IMG/VR virus record: IMGVR_UViG_3300032373_000024
Coordinates: 1 to 46,488 of that record
From: a virus
Lineage: Duplodnaviria; Caudoviricetes
DNA: 46,488 nt
Reading direction: 5' to 3' (one strand)
Shown here: positions 45,560 through 46,488 of the stretch, one piece after another
Layout: each line of letters starts with the position of its first letter
Numbering within the stretch: position 1 is the stretch's first letter
Made by a program: the position numbers and the translations under genes
The notes under the pieces: model-generated
The model's database searches: none
The model's input: only the letters and a program-made list of their open reading frames with translations
What the model was told of the DNA's origin: nothing

Positions 45560-45763
45560 CTACCCCGTTGTATCATAATCGAGTTTGTCAATCTTCTCTT
45601 GGACAAGTTTATCTATAGACACCCCGTAAGGCGTTCCAATCTTGTTCCTTTCCGCGTCTAACCATCTTTTAGTCGAAGGGGAAACCTTAGTCCTTAAATC
45701 AGGTCTTAATTGCCCTGGTGGCTTGGTTGGTGCTCCACGCTTCTTTTTGAATTTCTCTGTCAT
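45560..45763 (-). CDS. Ribbon-helix-helix-like small regulator
   Basis: KRGAP.KP basic arm, then strand-helix-helix pattern; first gene after a promoter. Confidence 0.55.
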   Translation of the reverse strand: MTEKFKKKRGAPTKPPGQLRPDLRTKVSPSTKRWLDAERNKIGTPYGVSIDKLVQEKIDKLDYDTTG

Positions 45764-45792
45764 GCTTTCCCTTGATTCGTTTCGATGAGTTA

Positions 45793-45821
45793 ACTATACG
45801 CGCATCCTTTTAATAATGCAA
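45793..45821 (-). promoter_or_regulatory. Sigma70-like early promoter
   Basis: TTGCAT-17 bp-TATAGT. Confidence 0.65.
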
Positions 45822-45846
45822 CAATTAATTTAACTTTATTTTAGGC

Positions 45847-45873
45847 AAAAAAAAGCCCCAGTCAAGAGGCTTT
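45847..45873 (-). terminator. Rho-independent terminator ending the tail operon
   Basis: AAAGCCTC/GGGGCTTT stem followed by a T8 tract. Confidence 0.85.
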
Positions 45874-45890
45874 AGGTATTGCAGGATAGT

Positions 45891-46361
45891 TTAAATACTT
45901 ACCCAGCTTTGCGAATTGAACGCCGTATATTTTATGCTTGCGCCAGCAGCAAGGCTTGCTGCTATGTTGATTGCTAGCGCGTCTAGCTTGTCATTAGATG
46001 CTGGAAACACATCACAAGCATTAGCACCGTTATTTATAACAATTACACTGTTGCCCGCCCTCGCAAAAGGTAATGTAACCGCGTCACCAATGTTTGCACA
46101 GATACTTATTTCATTAACAGCCGAGTTAAGCTGACCCCCGCCTTGGACGCTAGACACGTCTGCGGTTATTCCTGCTGTGGTTGTCTTAAGTGGTATGTTG
46201 TCTTGCGTAGCCCCGACATAAAAAAGCATTCCTTGGTTATCAAAACAGTTTAAGCAATCAACATTAGACTCTGTAACTGCTTGAGATTCACCGCTTGATC
46301 CTTCTATTACATTAGAACCCGCAATTACAATAGTAGAGCCGCCGTCGACGTCTATATTTAA
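45891..46361 (-). CDS. Tail fibre/tailspike, C-terminal part (continuation of 1-1506)
   Basis: In frame across the join (GCA|TTA); C-terminal GDAVTLP...AG....IN.GA beta module. Confidence 0.85.
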   Translation of the reverse strand, partial: LNIDVDGGSTIVIAGSNVIEGSSGESQAVTESNVDCLNCFDNQGMLFYVGATQDNIPLKTTTAGITADVSSVQGGGQLNSAVNEISICANIGDAVTLPFARAGNSVIVINNGANACDVFPASNDKLDALAINIAASLAAGASIKYTAFNSQSWVSI

Positions 46362-46488
46362 TGCTGAAGTTGTTGTCGAACTAGCCACCCCAACTGCATA
46401 AAGAAATCCACCAGCAGTACACCTTAGCGATGTAGAAGTGGAGTTAAGTGCCGAACCGTTGCTAAACGACACTTCAGACGCGCTTTCT
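46362..46488. repeat. 127-bp terminal repeat (copy of 1-127)
   Basis: Exact match. Confidence 0.95.

Overview
An apparently complete, circularly assembled siphovirus-type phage genome. Bases 1-127 repeat at 46362-46488, so the unit length is 46,361 bp. It is AT-rich, and the gene content suggests a (possibly marine) gammaproteobacterial host (inference only). Almost every gene is on the minus strand. In transcription order: early small genes; a ~0.9 kb non-coding region; replication, DNA-modification and recombination genes (initiator-like, DUF6475-like, PAPS-reductase-like, short Dcm-like, RecE/RecT, SSB, NinB/NinG, MazG-like); a lysis cassette; a second cluster of virion-like proteins; terminase, head and tail genes; and a 658-aa tail fibre/spike crossing the join. 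I saw no integrase, DNA polymerase, reverse transcriptase or CRISPR array. The best novelty candidate is the non-coding region at ~41985-42903. A sigma70-like promoter precedes a two-state leader hairpin, a 172-nt tRNA-Leu-like RNA with a degenerate anticodon arm and a ~103-nt variable domain, and two 140-nt RNAs with nearly identical closing stems but unrelated interiors. A further ~150-nt structured element lies at 44108-44260. All protein calls come from motif recognition and synteny, and all RNA structures were folded by eye; no searches were run.
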